51,067 bases of DNA from Rhizaria sp. SCN 62-66 (taxonomy: Eukaryota): contig MEDY01000210.1 of NCBI GenBank assembly GCA_001724265.1, forward strand, positions 1 to 51,067. Reading direction: 5' to 3'. A program made the translations under genes and the position numbers. The notes beneath the pieces were generated by a model. That model ran no database searches and had not been told where the DNA came from. It worked only from the letters and a program-made list of their open reading frames with translations. Shown in pieces: positions 19,080-32,239 of this stretch (positions are counted from its first letter, which is position 1; each line of letters opens with the position of its first letter).

Positions 19080-19879
19080 GGGGCAAAACAGCACGGGCGC
19101 AAGCGCGGAGCCAGGAAAAGCGCGAGTGCGAAGAAGAGGAACTGGAAAGCACGCGGCAAGGCGGGAGCTGGACGCTGTGCGGTGGCGGTTGGCTAGTGGT
19201 GAGAAAGGATGGGTGACGAGTTAAAGCTCGCTGAGGCAGGGTGAAACAACGAAGGAATAAAGCAGCGGTTGGTGAGAGCATATAAATTGAAGTAAATAAG
19301 CGGGTCAAGTTACGGCAGTCGTGAGTAGTGAGCGAAACCTGGGCTTTATGAGCCGAGAAAGAAAAATGGCAGACCAAATTAACAGCTTGGCCTGGGACTC
19401 AATACAACGCTTCATGTGATCCAGAATCATTGAGTATAACGAAACAAATGGGGAACGGTGCAGAAACCATGACGGCTCATCTTCAAAACCCGGAAATGAC
19501 TCTTCAAAACGTCGATGGGTTTCACTAATGCTTCAGATTACATCGACCTGAAGAAACCGCGAGGCTCGGGTCGCTGCAGTCGAGAGCGCCCGGCTTTTTT
19601 ACGAACCAGCCTGAGTGAACGTAACGACTCTCTGCTACTAGCCCCTTCTTTAGCAATCTGCAGCGAGCTCAGTTCTCCGTCAATACGAATTCTCCGATAG
19701 TTGCAATATGTCTATGATAAAATCTATCAAATTCACAAATATCATTTCTTACAGACTTTCCTCTTGCCATATCTGTTTAGTTTCCCAACCCCCCCCCCCA
19801 GCGACCGCTCCCAACCTCCATTTGGTTTTACCATTCGGAGACACTTGCTCAAGCCCATCAACCTCCCGGACCGTGTCCG

Positions 19880-22800
19880 ATGAGCCTCGCGTCCCTTAGC
19901 ACTGATGTTGCGCGGTTCTTTGACCGCGCGGTGACCCCCGAGCAATTGGAGCGCATGTGGGAAGCTGCCGACAATGACCACAGCGGCACATTGTGCAGTA
20001 CCGAGCTCAGCACACTCGTCAAGCCCATCCTCGCACAAGTCACCGCAGACTTTGCCGTCCGCGTCCGTGCGTTACTGAACCCGATTTCCTCTCTAACGGA
20101 CGAGGAAGCGGGCAAGATCGTTACGCGCATCGTCGACGAGCTCAACGCGCGTCCGCAAGCCGCGATTGTCACTTCTTTGTTCCGCGACATCGACAAGGAC
20201 CGCAGCGGTAGCGTCAGTAAGGCCGAATTTCTTTCCACCTTCAACTCTGCGCTCTCGCGCACGATGCTTATTGATTTTGACACCAACGCCGTCGTGCACC
20301 GCTACGTTGACCCGCTCATGGAGCTCGACATGGAGGCGCAGATGGCCGATCTCATGCTTCTTGACGACATCGCAGAGACGGTGGCGTCGGCCGGCGCGAC
20401 CGTGTCCGAGACGGGCGCGATCCACGTCGGCGACAAGGCCGCCGGCACGCTCAAGGATGTTGTGGCCAACACGCAGGAGGAGTTCCACGCCAAGAAGCGC
20501 CAGCTCATGGACGGCGGCGGCTCCACTGCTTCAAACAACGCTACCACAGGCGCGAGCGCGGGCGGCGCAGCTGTGCCGCAGACGCCTCTGCTGCAGGGCA
20601 ACAAGACTAAGATTAACTTGTTTGACCTAGCGCCCACATTGTCGGTGACCCCGGCGTCGGTTGCATTTGGCCCCGCTCCCACCCCAACCAGCGCCAGCGC
20701 CGCCGCGGCCGCCAATGCCACAGCGCCGTCAACCAGCTCTAGCTCCGGCAGCAACGTGCCGCTGCACGCGCTGTCTCTGCACACGGGCCATCCGCCGTCA
20801 CACAGCGCCAACACGGCCAACGGCAGTGGTTTGCTCTCGGTGTTGTCAGGCGCGCACGGCTCAACCGCGGCTAACGGCAACAGTCTCGCTACGACGCAGC
20901 CGGTCAGGGGTTCCCTGGCCCGCGGGTATTCGATGTTTTCCCCCACGAGCTCCATTCTTGCTCCCGCGAACGCAAGCATTGCTGTGGCTGGTGGGCCGCC
21001 TCCTGCCTCTCTTGGGGCATCGTCCGCCAGCCATGCCAGCGCAAACAGCGGCAACCTTAGCGGTGCTGGTCTGTCGCATCCGCGGTCGCTATCGACCGGC
21101 GTTGGCAACAGCTCAGTCTTTGGCCCGCTCAGCTTGAGCACCAACGCGAACAGCAGTAACCCGATGTCGCCGACTGGCGCGGGTGGCTCGCTGCACTTGC
21201 ATGGTCTGAACAACGGCAACGGCGACACTGCTACGAATAACACCACCTCGAACAATCCGTTCAGTCTCGGCGGAACTGCGTCTGGCACGGCAGGCGCCTA
21301 CACTGGTGCGATGCTGCAAGCAGATGTGAGCGATTTAGCTGCTGCGTTGGCTGCTGCTATCGGCGCAGCTGACAGTGGTGCGCTGCATAAATCACGCGCA
21401 AGCAACAATTACAACCACTACAACAGTGGCGCCGCGCTGCCCGCTGGCACGAGTCCAGTCTCTCCATATCCGAACTATAACATTAGTCCCAATGCGAGTC
21501 ATGGCATCAGCTCGAATCCATTTGGACAGCCGCAGTCACATATGCTGCACCATCAAACGCCGCAACCGCCTCAGCAACAACAGCAGCAGATGCGCGGTAT
21601 GAATGAAAGTGGTTACCGCATCGGTCCCTTGGGCGAGTACTTAGCCTACATCCCCACTTACACGCCGTCGCTAACAGCGGGCGCTGCGAGTATGTCACCG
21701 CCTATGACGCGCACTAGTCAGCCGATCACGTCGCAAGGTCACCCGCATCCGCATAGCGGCACTGCAACGACTCTGTTGATGCTGCCAAGTGCGAACAACG
21801 CCAATGACGACAACGGCCTCAATAACAATGCTAACGCTAACGCCAATACCAATCCCTCTCAGGAACGCGATGCAACAAATCATCCTCAACAACAACAACC
21901 GAGTCAGCATAAGTACTATACTGAGGCCGTTGCATCGCTGGAAAACAGCGGTGCTAAGTCAAAGGGTAACAGACCGAAGGGTGTTTCGACTGGGGTTGGG
22001 GCTGCGAATGATATCTTCACAACACCGGCTCACGGGCGCCAGTCATTCAACGCGTACAACGGCAACACCACACACGCCCAGAACAGCGCTAGTCGGAGCC
22101 GCCGGAAGAGTGGTGGCAACAGTATTCGTGACAATAGTCAGCGCGATCACAACAGCAGCCACAATATCAGTCACCGCGACCGTGACCGAGATCTCGATTC
22201 TGACCGAGACCGGAACCAGGACCAAGACCGTAAGCGTGAGCGCACTCGTGCAAATGCAAGGGTGACCACCTACGACTCGGCTATCTCCGACTCTGACCCT
22301 GACTTCGAGACGGTTGGGGACAGGGACAGCGGCAACCACAGCACTGCAGACAAGCATGCACTCCCTAACGCGAACAACAACAAGCATCGGCATCGCGACA
22401 ATGCAAGCGATGATTTGAACGCAAACGATGTCAATAGCAAGAGTGATTTGGACGCGAGCGCGCGCCTTGCTGCGAACATTGCTGGAGTTGAGCCCGCGCT
22501 GCTTGCAACTGCAGTCGACGCGTATCTTAAAACACGCTACCCGCACGTTCTCGCCCAGTCAAAGGGAGGCACTGCATCGCAGAAGTCTCTGGAGAACGAT
22601 GATAATAGCAAGGACGACGCTGTGAATGAGGTGACGCATGCGTCTCCCCGCAAGCAGAAGCATCAGCGGCAGCTCCAGCAAGCTCAAGAAAACAAGGAAA
22701 AGGAGAAGAACCACAATATCACCTTCACCGATACCAGTGCTACCGCGAGCAACATTGATGACGGTGATAATGCGTCCACCAGTGGTAGTTTGGATGAAAT

Positions 22801-25800
22801 CCGTACACTGCCTCAAGACGAAGTTCCGTCATCTGACAACGGCAACGCGCCAGAGGGTGTTGTTTCTGAGCCTGCAGCTGCATCAAACTCTGTTATGGCG
22901 AACAGTAGCACCAGCGAAGACAACACCGCTGAGACACCTGAGCCTGCTCAATCACAGTCGTTGTCGCCCGCGCAGTCACTCGCCCAGTCGCAGCCAATCT
23001 CCCAGGCTTCTCCGACACAGCCGCAGCCACAGCCACATGCATTGGGGCAAACTCTGCCCACGGTCAGCCACACCGGCACTCACCGCCACCGCCACCGCCG
23101 TGCCGTCGCTGCCGTCTCTGCCACGTTCACGCCCACAGTTGCGACGCCGGCCCCGCCGCCCGCTGCCGTTGCGCTGGCCGCGGCGCGTGCAACGGCTACA
23201 GCGCTGTTGCGTTTGTGTCTGCCGCACAGCAACAGTGCAAGCACTGCAGATCTAAGCGTTCCTTTAGATATGCCAGCAGGATGGCGCCTTGCAGCGGGGC
23301 CGTTGGCAAGGCTTGCGGCACTCGTGCCAACATACATCACGTCTTACGCCGATGCGCTCACCGCTCACAGTCAGCTCACCGCGGTCAATAGCTACAACCA
23401 CACGGACTGCAATCTCAGTACTCCCGGCAATCTAAGTGGTCGCAGCAATCGCTCTCATTGCCAGCTTCGCCCACAGCTTTCGCCGCCGCCGCGCTCTCAC
23501 CCCACGACCCCTTACACCAGCAACGCAGGTACTAACGCGGGTAAGGACCTCGGCACTCCCCGCGATCACCTTGCGGTGAGCGCCCCGTCAGTCAGCGCCC
23601 CCGCTGTCGACCCATCCGGTCTCTTCCTGCCTTTCTCCAACGCGCGCAACGCCCTGTCCCTGCGCCGCCGCTGCGACGCTCTCCGGACCGCACTTGTCGC
23701 TGCCTCTGCCAGTATGGCGCGGGCGACAACGCTCGCGGTGTTGGCCGCACTGGCGCCGGCTGTGGCGGCGGCGACGACCGCGACTGCTGCAGGGTGCAAC
23801 TCGCACCCACGGTCGCGGTCGCAGTTGCAGTCTGGATCTGCAGCAAGCAACAGTGCAAAGGAAAACCGCGGCAATCGCCGTGGAGCGCATCGGGTTGCTG
23901 CTGATGGTGGTTCTGACTCGGATACCTCCGGTTCGGATGCGAGCTGCGACTCTGATGACAGCGACGACGAGGGCGACAGTGCTCAGACCGAGACAAAAGA
24001 CACTGCCGCTGAAGCTGTGCGGAAAGCGCTGGCCCGCGTGCGCGCCGCTGCAGCCGCTGAGGAGGAGACAGCTGCCAACGCGAGTGTTGACGGACTTGGG
24101 GCTGCAGGTGCGGCGCACACTGAGGCTGCGCTGTCGCACCTTGCGGCACTCATGCTCACAGCTGCTGCGACGAACAACAACAGTGCAGATGGTAGCGCGA
24201 GTGCAAGCGATAAAGCTAAGCCGCGGCTTACGTTCCAGTCGTTTCTCGCACGCGTCACACTGGCGCTCGCAACACTGCACGCGAACACGCATAGCCAGTC
24301 TAGTGCGAGCAAACGCACTGCTCATCATAATGACAGTGGTCGTGAGCAACAAGTTCCGCTTTTGCTTTTCTCAGAACCTTTGTCTGCCGCTGCTTCGAGC
24401 GCTACTGCGGCGCCGCACGCTGTGCTTCCGCTGCCGCTGTGGACTCTCAAGGGCGACGCCCTGCACTCGGCAGCGCTCTCCCGCTTGCCGCATGCAGCGG
24501 CTGTTCTCCGGACGCTGTCTGCACCCCGCGCAGGCTCAAGCACACACGTGGTTTTGAGTGAAGCGACGGTGGCGTCCCTTGTGGTCCGCGCAGCTGCTGT
24601 CACGGTTGCCGAGTCGTTATTGTCGCCGTGGTTTCCTCCTTCTGTCATTCCGCACAACATCAGCAGCGACAAGCTCAACACCAGCCGCGGCCGTGACGCG
24701 AATTGCGCTCTTGTTGGTGCTGGTGCTGGCGTCGATGGCGCGTCGGTTGGTTGGTCTCTCTGGCTGCCCCCGAACGCTGCGGCCGCCGCCGGGACGTCTG
24801 CCCCTGCATTTCTGCGGCCGTTGCTCTCAGCCCCATTGTTGGCTCCAGTGTGGACAGCTTCCGCGGCCGCTGCGCTGCCCGGTAAGCTTGAGGTCGCTCT
24901 TGACAGGGCGCTGAGGATCAGCATTGGGACTGATAATGTTGCTGACATTAGCAGCAGCAGTAAGAATGACGCCAGTATCGTTACTGAAACCATGAGTCGT
25001 GCCGCTGTTGAGGCTGAAAGTGCCTAGCAGCGTCGGTTTATGGCTGGGCTTGCTAAGGTTGTTGCAGCTGTGGCTAAAGGTGAAGGGTGTCAGCTGCTGT
25101 TGCAGCAACAGCAAGAGCAGGAGCAGACACGTGCGCTGAGTGATCGTGAGCAGCGGGCACGAGCGAAGGTGGCGGCTGATGCGGCTGCCAACACAATGTA
25201 TGGTGTGTCGTCCACGTTTAAAAATGACAACGAAAATCCTGCTAATGACGGCAATTGCGACGTTAAGGATAGTGACGACGATGATGATTTGGCAAAAGCG
25301 CTTGCCAGTGGTCTCTGTATTTCCCTTCGTGGCAATCACAACGCAGGCAGTGACAATGGCCGTCTGAACAGCGGTGCATATCGCACTCCTAACGGTGTTC
25401 CTAATCACCACGATAGCAGCACACGTCCTCGCTTTATCAACTCTGATTCCGACGATGAAGTCGGTGTAGGGTCTGGCTCTGACTCTGATACGACTGAGCT
25501 TGCTCTTACTGCTGCAAATGCGCTCGCGAAACAGCAAAAGCGTGTGCAAAAGCAGAAACTCGCGCATGGTGATGATCATATCCGTGACAACTTCACATAC
25601 TCATTGAGTGGTAGTCTTGACCAATCTACGTATTCTGCCCAGTATAAGGGCCCCCGTAAGACCTGGATTGGCCACACCCCGCTACCTGATAGCCCCGGTG
25701 GACGCGCTGTCACGGCCTACACCAGGCCTCGTCTAAGTACCCACGTGAACGAAAATGCGGATGATGATGTGAATAATAACGATGCGCTCGTCGTTGCTGC

Positions 25801-28702
25801 GGCTGTCTCCGCTGCTGCTGCGTCGCGCGCAGTGCTCGCTATCACTCCAGACGGTCGGCTGACGACGAAGCGAGGCGTGATCACCAGGACTGTCTCGTTT
25901 GCTCCCAATCACTCAACGAGCAGCAATAGTAACAGACACGGCGGCGTGCTGCGTGGTATCGGGCACACGCCTGTTGCGGCCACACCCGGTGTCGATAACA
26001 ACGGCAATGCTGCTGACGCCAATATCACTCTCACGGTTAGTCGAAATACCACCGGCGTCAACGGCTCGACCGCGCCTCGCACTGCAACTGCAACACCAGC
26101 TGCGAACAGCAAGAGCATTAACGGAACTACGACTGTCAATGGCAACGGAAACAGTGGTAACGCTGCGGTCGCAGTTGCTGTTGCCGACGCTCGAGCACTC
26201 GCAACAACGGTGCGTTCAAAGCCCCAGCGTTCTTCCAACACCAATGGCCAGACTGTCAACAAAGACGCTCGGGCGATTACACCGGTTGGGCAGTTAGATC
26301 TCTCCGCCGCGTCATCGTCGTCAGCGTTGCTTCCCTCACAGTCACAATTGCTGTCGCAACCTCTGTCGAGGCCACCACCACAGCAGCAGCAACACGGCAC
26401 TCAACGCGCTGCCACTGCTGCGTCATCCGCCTTTACTCGCTCTCACCCCACCATTGCAAACACCACATCGCATGGTGTTAACGCGCCTCTGCCCCGTGGC
26501 TTCTCGTCGTCAGCTCGCGCAGCCCCTCTGCGCCGTCCGCACGCGCTGCTCTCAGCGTCTACAACTGCACCCGCACTCCCCCGCATCGCTCCTATGGGCG
26601 GCAACGCGCGCCAAGAGGCAGGCTCTCCTCACACGACAGGTATTGCAGCAATGCTCGGCCGGACGAGCGCTGGTGTCTTAGCTGCCATTGGCCTCAGTGG
26701 ACTCAGTCGCGGCCTTACTTTCGCTGAAGCAGAGGCTATCTACACTCTCTATTCAGACCCGACAGACGCGATTCCTGGTGGATCTCAGCAGAGTACGCCC
26801 TTAGAATTAAGCAAGAGTGGTCTGTCTGTGTATGCTGTGAAGCGTTTTGCTGAGGACCTCGCGACTGTGGTCTACTTACACTTCGCGGGAGTGCTTACAC
26901 GTGCGCGTATTCCGCCGCCTGCTGCGGACATCAACAAGAGCAATGCTGATGTTGCGTTTCATAGCGACGCTGTATTCGCCGAGTCCGCACAGTTCCTCCC
27001 GTCAGAAGTACCGTTTTACCCTTCTCTAGCGGCGGTGCTTTTCTCGCCAACTGCACTTCAACGCATTGCCCTACTTCTTGCACCGACTGCACTCGCACAC
27101 GGCCACCTCAACAACGATCCTGCGTGCCCGCTGCCGCCGTCCGCGGCCGCCGCCGCCCGCCCTGCTGCCCCCGCGCCCGCCGCACTGCGGTCCTCGCTCG
27201 CATCGCGGCAAACATTCACTTCGCATCACATCATCTCACGCCTCGCCTCTGTCACTAGCACCACTGCCGAAGCTCGCGGGAGCGCCAGCAGTGGCGCGGT
27301 GACGGTGGGCTCGGTCGCGCTTGATCTGATGCTCATGCTCGGTCCCCTGTGCCGCCGCGCAGTCACTGCGACGGCGGAAAATCACTGGCGCTCTTCGGAC
27401 GCCACGCTCGCCGCCACCACCGCTACTATGGCCGGGGCGGGGGACATGCTGGGCGAGGACCAGCGCAAAGCGCGTGAGCGCGCGCGCAGGCTGTTGCTCA
27501 CGTTGCTCGGTCGCTTGGGACCGGTCCCGGCCACTGCGTCTGCCCCCGCTTCAGTTGCTGCACCTGTGCCGGTGGCGACGCAAGCTGTGGCCGTTGAGGA
27601 GGTGCAGCGTGCCAGCGAGCCGATCGAGGTGCCCGAGCCCGAGCCCGAGCCAGCGCCTGTCGCCGACCTAACTGAAGACCGCAGTGATGAGAAGCAGAGA
27701 CGCAGTCAGAGTGAGAGCGACAGTGAATATGACGACAGTGAGGACCGCGAGGTCAAGCCTAGGGGCGGCTTGTTTTCCATTCACGCGCACAGTCACTCTG
27801 GCAACAACGGCGCCGCCGAACTCGCACAAGCAGCCGCCGAGGAAGGCGCACGTCTGGCGAACCTAGCACTAGCGCTTGCGCGGAAAGATGAAGCTGATGC
27901 TAAAGCGCGCCGCCTTGCTGCTCTCAACGCTGCTGCCGCCGGCCTGTCCGGCGGGCTCAATGACCGCGAGCGGGCGTACAACGAGTGGGTGCAAGAGCGT
28001 GAGAGGGAGATCGCACGCGCCTTGAAGCATTTGTCGCGTATCGTTCGTAGCGCTTGGGTTGTCAATGCCAAGCAGCAACAAAACGTGCTCTTGGATTACA
28101 ACGCCAACGCTCCTGAGCAACGAGAGGGTAGCTCAACTTCTATTAAGAACGGCCCTAAGAGTGGCAGTGCTGCTGCTAGCGGTGCTGCCTCTGTTCAATC
28201 TCTGTGGTCTGACCCCCGCGTTGGCGCGATTGATCCCCGCGACATGCGTGTATTGTCCACCGATAAGGACATTGTATACGTCAAGGGCACGAACGACAGC
28301 AAGAACAATGAGTTAGAAGCAGCGCTGAGCGATGTTAGTAACTTGGCGCAGAGTCTAAGTGCAGGCTCGAGCGATCAGCTCTCCGCTGCGGCGACGCTGG
28401 CGAAGCGTCTCGTGCTCGCCATGCGTGAATCTGGACTGGCGCCTATCTGGGGCCTTGCGGACTCCGCTGTCTCGAACAACGCCGACGGCAGCAACGCCGA
28501 GAATGATGGTGACGGTGCAGCGAGGCGGCGCAGGGGCAAGAAGCATTGTGACAGCAACTCGGATGGTAGAAAGGGGTGGTGGCGCGCGGTGAATGGGCGG
28601 TTTAAGCTGAGTGAGATCCCGCCGTTGGCAGCCTCGTACGGTTACCCGCCGTTCGAAATCGTGCTCAAACAGAAGACATTACAAAACAAAAATGATTCAT
28701 AA
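19880..28702 (+). CDS. Giant EF-hand protein, modelled as one gene of about 2940 aa with a single in-frame TAG at 25025-25027 (alternatively two ORFs, 19880-25027 and 25040-28702)
   Basis: Two canonical EF loops near the N-terminus (DNDHSGTLCSTEL, DKDRSGSVSKAEF). The two ORFs share a frame (offset 5160 = 1720x3), joined by GCC TAG CAG CGT CGG TTT ATG with no AT-rich spacer. Final stop is TAA. Confidence 0.7.
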
Positions 28703-29110
28703 GCGAGTGAGTGCTGTGGTGGAAAGACACAAACCAGTGGATATCTCGAGATGTCGCAAGTACATAGTTTGAATTGAATATACATAGGATATATACCGTG
28801 TTTAAATACCGCATACAGAATGAACTAATCTAGTCCAATTTGTTTATTCTGCGTTTCAAGTCGCTTTATCTATTTTATTGTCCAACCAAAACGGAAGTTG
28901 CCCCTTGTCCGTCCGAACTTCGAACTTGTTAAATGAGTCAAATACGATATACTCTAACTGTCGCGAAGGTGTTTACAAATGCTCTGACAATATTGGTGTA
29001 TTGTCTAGTTAATTTTATTTTTAGTATCTCCTTATCAATTGATTTCATCGCAAAATAACTCAATAACTTATCATATCCCGACTCACGTCTTCGTCGTTCT
29101 TCCAGGTAGG

Positions 29111-30965
29111 ATGCCGTCGCCCTTCCCACGTCGTATCCTGCTTGCCTTGGCGGTAGCACTGCTTGCCAGTGCTGCTCATGCGTTAGCCTCTGTGGACCCT
29201 GTCCCGTGGCGTGCCCCTAAGCTGTCACATCTGACGATGTCGTGGGAGCGTCCCGACTCGCTCTTCTTCTTCAAGATGCCGTATCACACCCTCAGCTACA
29301 AGCCGCCTACTGCTTCGGAGCCTGCATCTCTCACTGAGCAGACCGACGCTGAGGGCGCCGAAGACGGCAACAAGAAGGCCCGCGCGGTGTTTATTATCTT
29401 AACTGATGAGTTCCAGCGCCTGGACGCCTATGCCGAAGTGCAGAGCCACTTCTCTGCTGTCCTCCAGCAAAAGTACGCCGCCACTGTGTACTACCTGCCC
29501 TTGCGCGGTTACCACGGCGAGACAACCCTGAACCCTCACGTGCGCGCGCAACTGACTACGGAGAACTCGATTGGTGATGTTCACCAGTTCATCACCACCG
29601 TCGCCAACCCGAAGGGCAACAAGAAAGTCGTACGTCACGCTCCGTCGCTACTTGAACAATGCATTACGGAGTGTTGATCGACACTAATCTTCCGGACTCG
29701 ACACAATAACGCATTTCATTGTAATATGTAGGTTATGTCTCAAGTTGTACTTTGTATCTCCTCACTAACTCTGTATAACAATGCACTTTCTCTTTTGCTT
29801 TTCGTTTGTTTCTATGGCGCACCTTTGACAGGTTCTCGTTGGAGCTGGCCACTCCGGCACAATCGCCGCCCTGTTCCGCGTGGCGCACCCCGACCTCACC
29901 GTTGCCGCCATTGTCGACACCCCGCAGCTTTCTGCGGCCGCGCAGTACGACATCTACGCGTGCTCCGCCACGTGGCCGATGATGGCAGACCCGTTTTGCA
30001 TGGCCAATTGGATCAACGCCACCGAGTCCCTCGCACAGAAGCTCAAGACCGAAACACCGCGGTGGATTGCCAAGAAGCTCAATCTCTGCGCCCCCATCAT
30101 CGATGACAGCGCCACTGCGCTCACGCCCGCGCTCCTCGGCGGTGGCTTAACTTTCGACGCGGCCGATGTGCCGTACACGATGAGCCCAGAGCAGCACGGG
30201 TTCCTCTGGCACTCCCTGGTGAACCCGATTGTGCGCACGTTTAATACGCAGTTCACATCTTCCATCACGGCCTCGGGGGCCGACAAGCCGGTGCCGGTGC
30301 CGTACGCGAGCTACAAGTCCGTCTGCAAGGCGCTGCAGGACGGCGGGCTGACTCCGATCGACGTGCTGGGGGACATCTTCACTAAGACACGCGAAGGCAA
30401 GTGCGTTGAGGGCCGGTTGAAGGAGTGGGCGCAGGGGCGCGTGCACGCCAGTGAGCAAGTAGTTATGGCGCGTGCATGCCTCGAGTGGCAGCGGTTCAGC
30501 GTTGGCCTCCCGACTAACCCTGACAGCGACAACGATGCTGAGTTTGCCAAGTTTGCGCGGGAGAACAAGCTGTCGCCGAATGTTGGCAACAATTTTATTC
30601 CTGACATGACCGACATCACCATGCCGCTGTTCAACTCTGTGTGCACCACACTGCTCGGCGACGAGTTCACGCTAAAAAACGCACAGGCCAATGCGGATGC
30701 CCTTAAGGAGAAATACGGTGATCACAAGAGCTACAAGGGCACCAACGTGTTTGCAATCGCAACGCAGTACGACTCGTTCTACCTCACGTCGCTGATTCGC
30801 CATGCCGGTGAGTTCGACACGAGCGTGCAGCTCTTCACCTCGAACTACCACATGCGCGGCGCCGCTTTCCGCATCCGGGCGCTGCACGACACGGCCGAGT
30901 TGGCGGACCTGCGTCGGTTCATGGAGCAGTTCCTTGACGAGCACCTTCTTGGGAAGAAAATGTGA
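29111..30965 (+). CDS. Second secreted S28-like alpha/beta-hydrolase, probably inactive; exons 29111-29629 and 29832-30965, about 550 aa
   Basis: Signal-peptide-like start MPSPFPRRILLALAVALLASAAHA. Splicing restores 'KKV|VLVGAGHSGTIAALFRVAHPD'. Shares 'YxPLRG', 'LTT', 'LDTP/VDTP', 'NLC', 'WHSL', 'CLE', 'YxGxNVF' with the 1816-3420 gene. Confidence 0.8.
29630..29831 (+). other. Spliceosomal intron, 202 nt, phase 0
   Basis: GTACGT...TTTGACAG; AT-rich, CACTAAC branch-like site near 29764, pyrimidine tract; removal restores the frame. Confidence 0.9.
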
Positions 30966-32239
30966 AGTCCGTGTTCTGCAGCACACGTACACACAACTGC
31001 ACATTGTATAGAAATATCGTATCAATTTGAGTCAGACGCGAAAGGTTCGAAGCGTGATACAAGAGCTTAATTGTAATGTGTTGAGCTCAAACGAAGTTTG
31101 TTGTTCTGTTTGTAAAGTCAGCTTGTCAGTTATCTCCGTCTTCATTTTTCTGAATGACATGTATCGTTCATATTAATACATGTGAATCTGTTCAAGTTGG
31201 TGTGAAGTTACGCTACACTTGATGCTTCCCCTTGCTGAATGGTCATTTTGAATACCCTCGAGTCCTTTTTTTTAAAAACCTGTCGCTTCGAACGTTTAAT
31301 CATTTTAGACTCCTTAATATTCCATTGTGAAGTTTAGGCGTGACTTAAAAGTCACGCTCAAAGAAAATTAAGAAGAATTTCGTATCTTTTATAATATGAC
31401 TATTAAACCCGCCTACATACAATGTGCAAGGATTAAATACAATTTATTCAAATAATTTAATTTATTATAAATGTAAAAATAAAACCTCCAACTTGGATGT
31501 AGCTATTAACAATATTTTTGACAGAAAATTACATAATTTGGCCTTGTGACACTTGAAGCGCGACAGCAAAACACACTCTGACAAGTTTCAAATCACATTT
31601 TCAGCAAATAACAACGCGATTTAATGGCCAATAAAGCAGTTTTAAAAACATTTATCGGAGCAACTATATCAATAAACTTTTTCTTTGCGCGATGTCGGTG
31701 TTGTTTCATTTGAAAATGCGATTAAAATCCATTTTATTTTTCGGTCCCCTCGATTTTGGCCCAAGCCTTCAGAACGAGACAGGTTGGGAGTAGAAAACGC
31801 TACCTGTTCTCGCTAGTGCCCTTAACCCGATTTTCTTCACTTTTGTCAGAGTATTGTCCGACTGTACAGTGTTGTTGCGTATACCTCATAAGCTAATGAC
31901 GGATATTTGGGCGTCCCAGCTCGCCAATGCACGAGTCACCGCCCGAGCAACCATACGCCCATGGCACTTTTTCTTTCGCGACTGGCTGCTGCTTTAAGTG
32001 CATCTTTGAATGTTAACCTCTTTCACAACGATTTTAACACAACCTATACGCTCAAATATTGTTGTATTTTCTTCTAGAGCCTACTTCGTGGTCCTCAAGC
32101 CCGGTTCTGTTTCCCCTCTTGGGCACACCTCGACACCCCTCGCCTTTCGCTCCTTCTTGCGCTCCCGGCACCGGCCCCTCACGCCCGTTCGAGCCTCTCG
32201 GCCTTTCAAGCCACCAGAGCGGCTCTAACTGCGAACGCC

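Noticed and set aside
19500-19594. Minus-strand GCCGGGCGC start and CAGGTCG..AAGCA resembling SRP RNA
   Set aside because: No GNRA loop in the putative helix 8, wrong spacing and no Alu UGUNR motif; kept only as an unnamed structured element.
31030-31060. GGTTCGAA tRNA T-loop/B-box-like motif
   Set aside because: No cloverleaf or acceptor stem can be formed around it.
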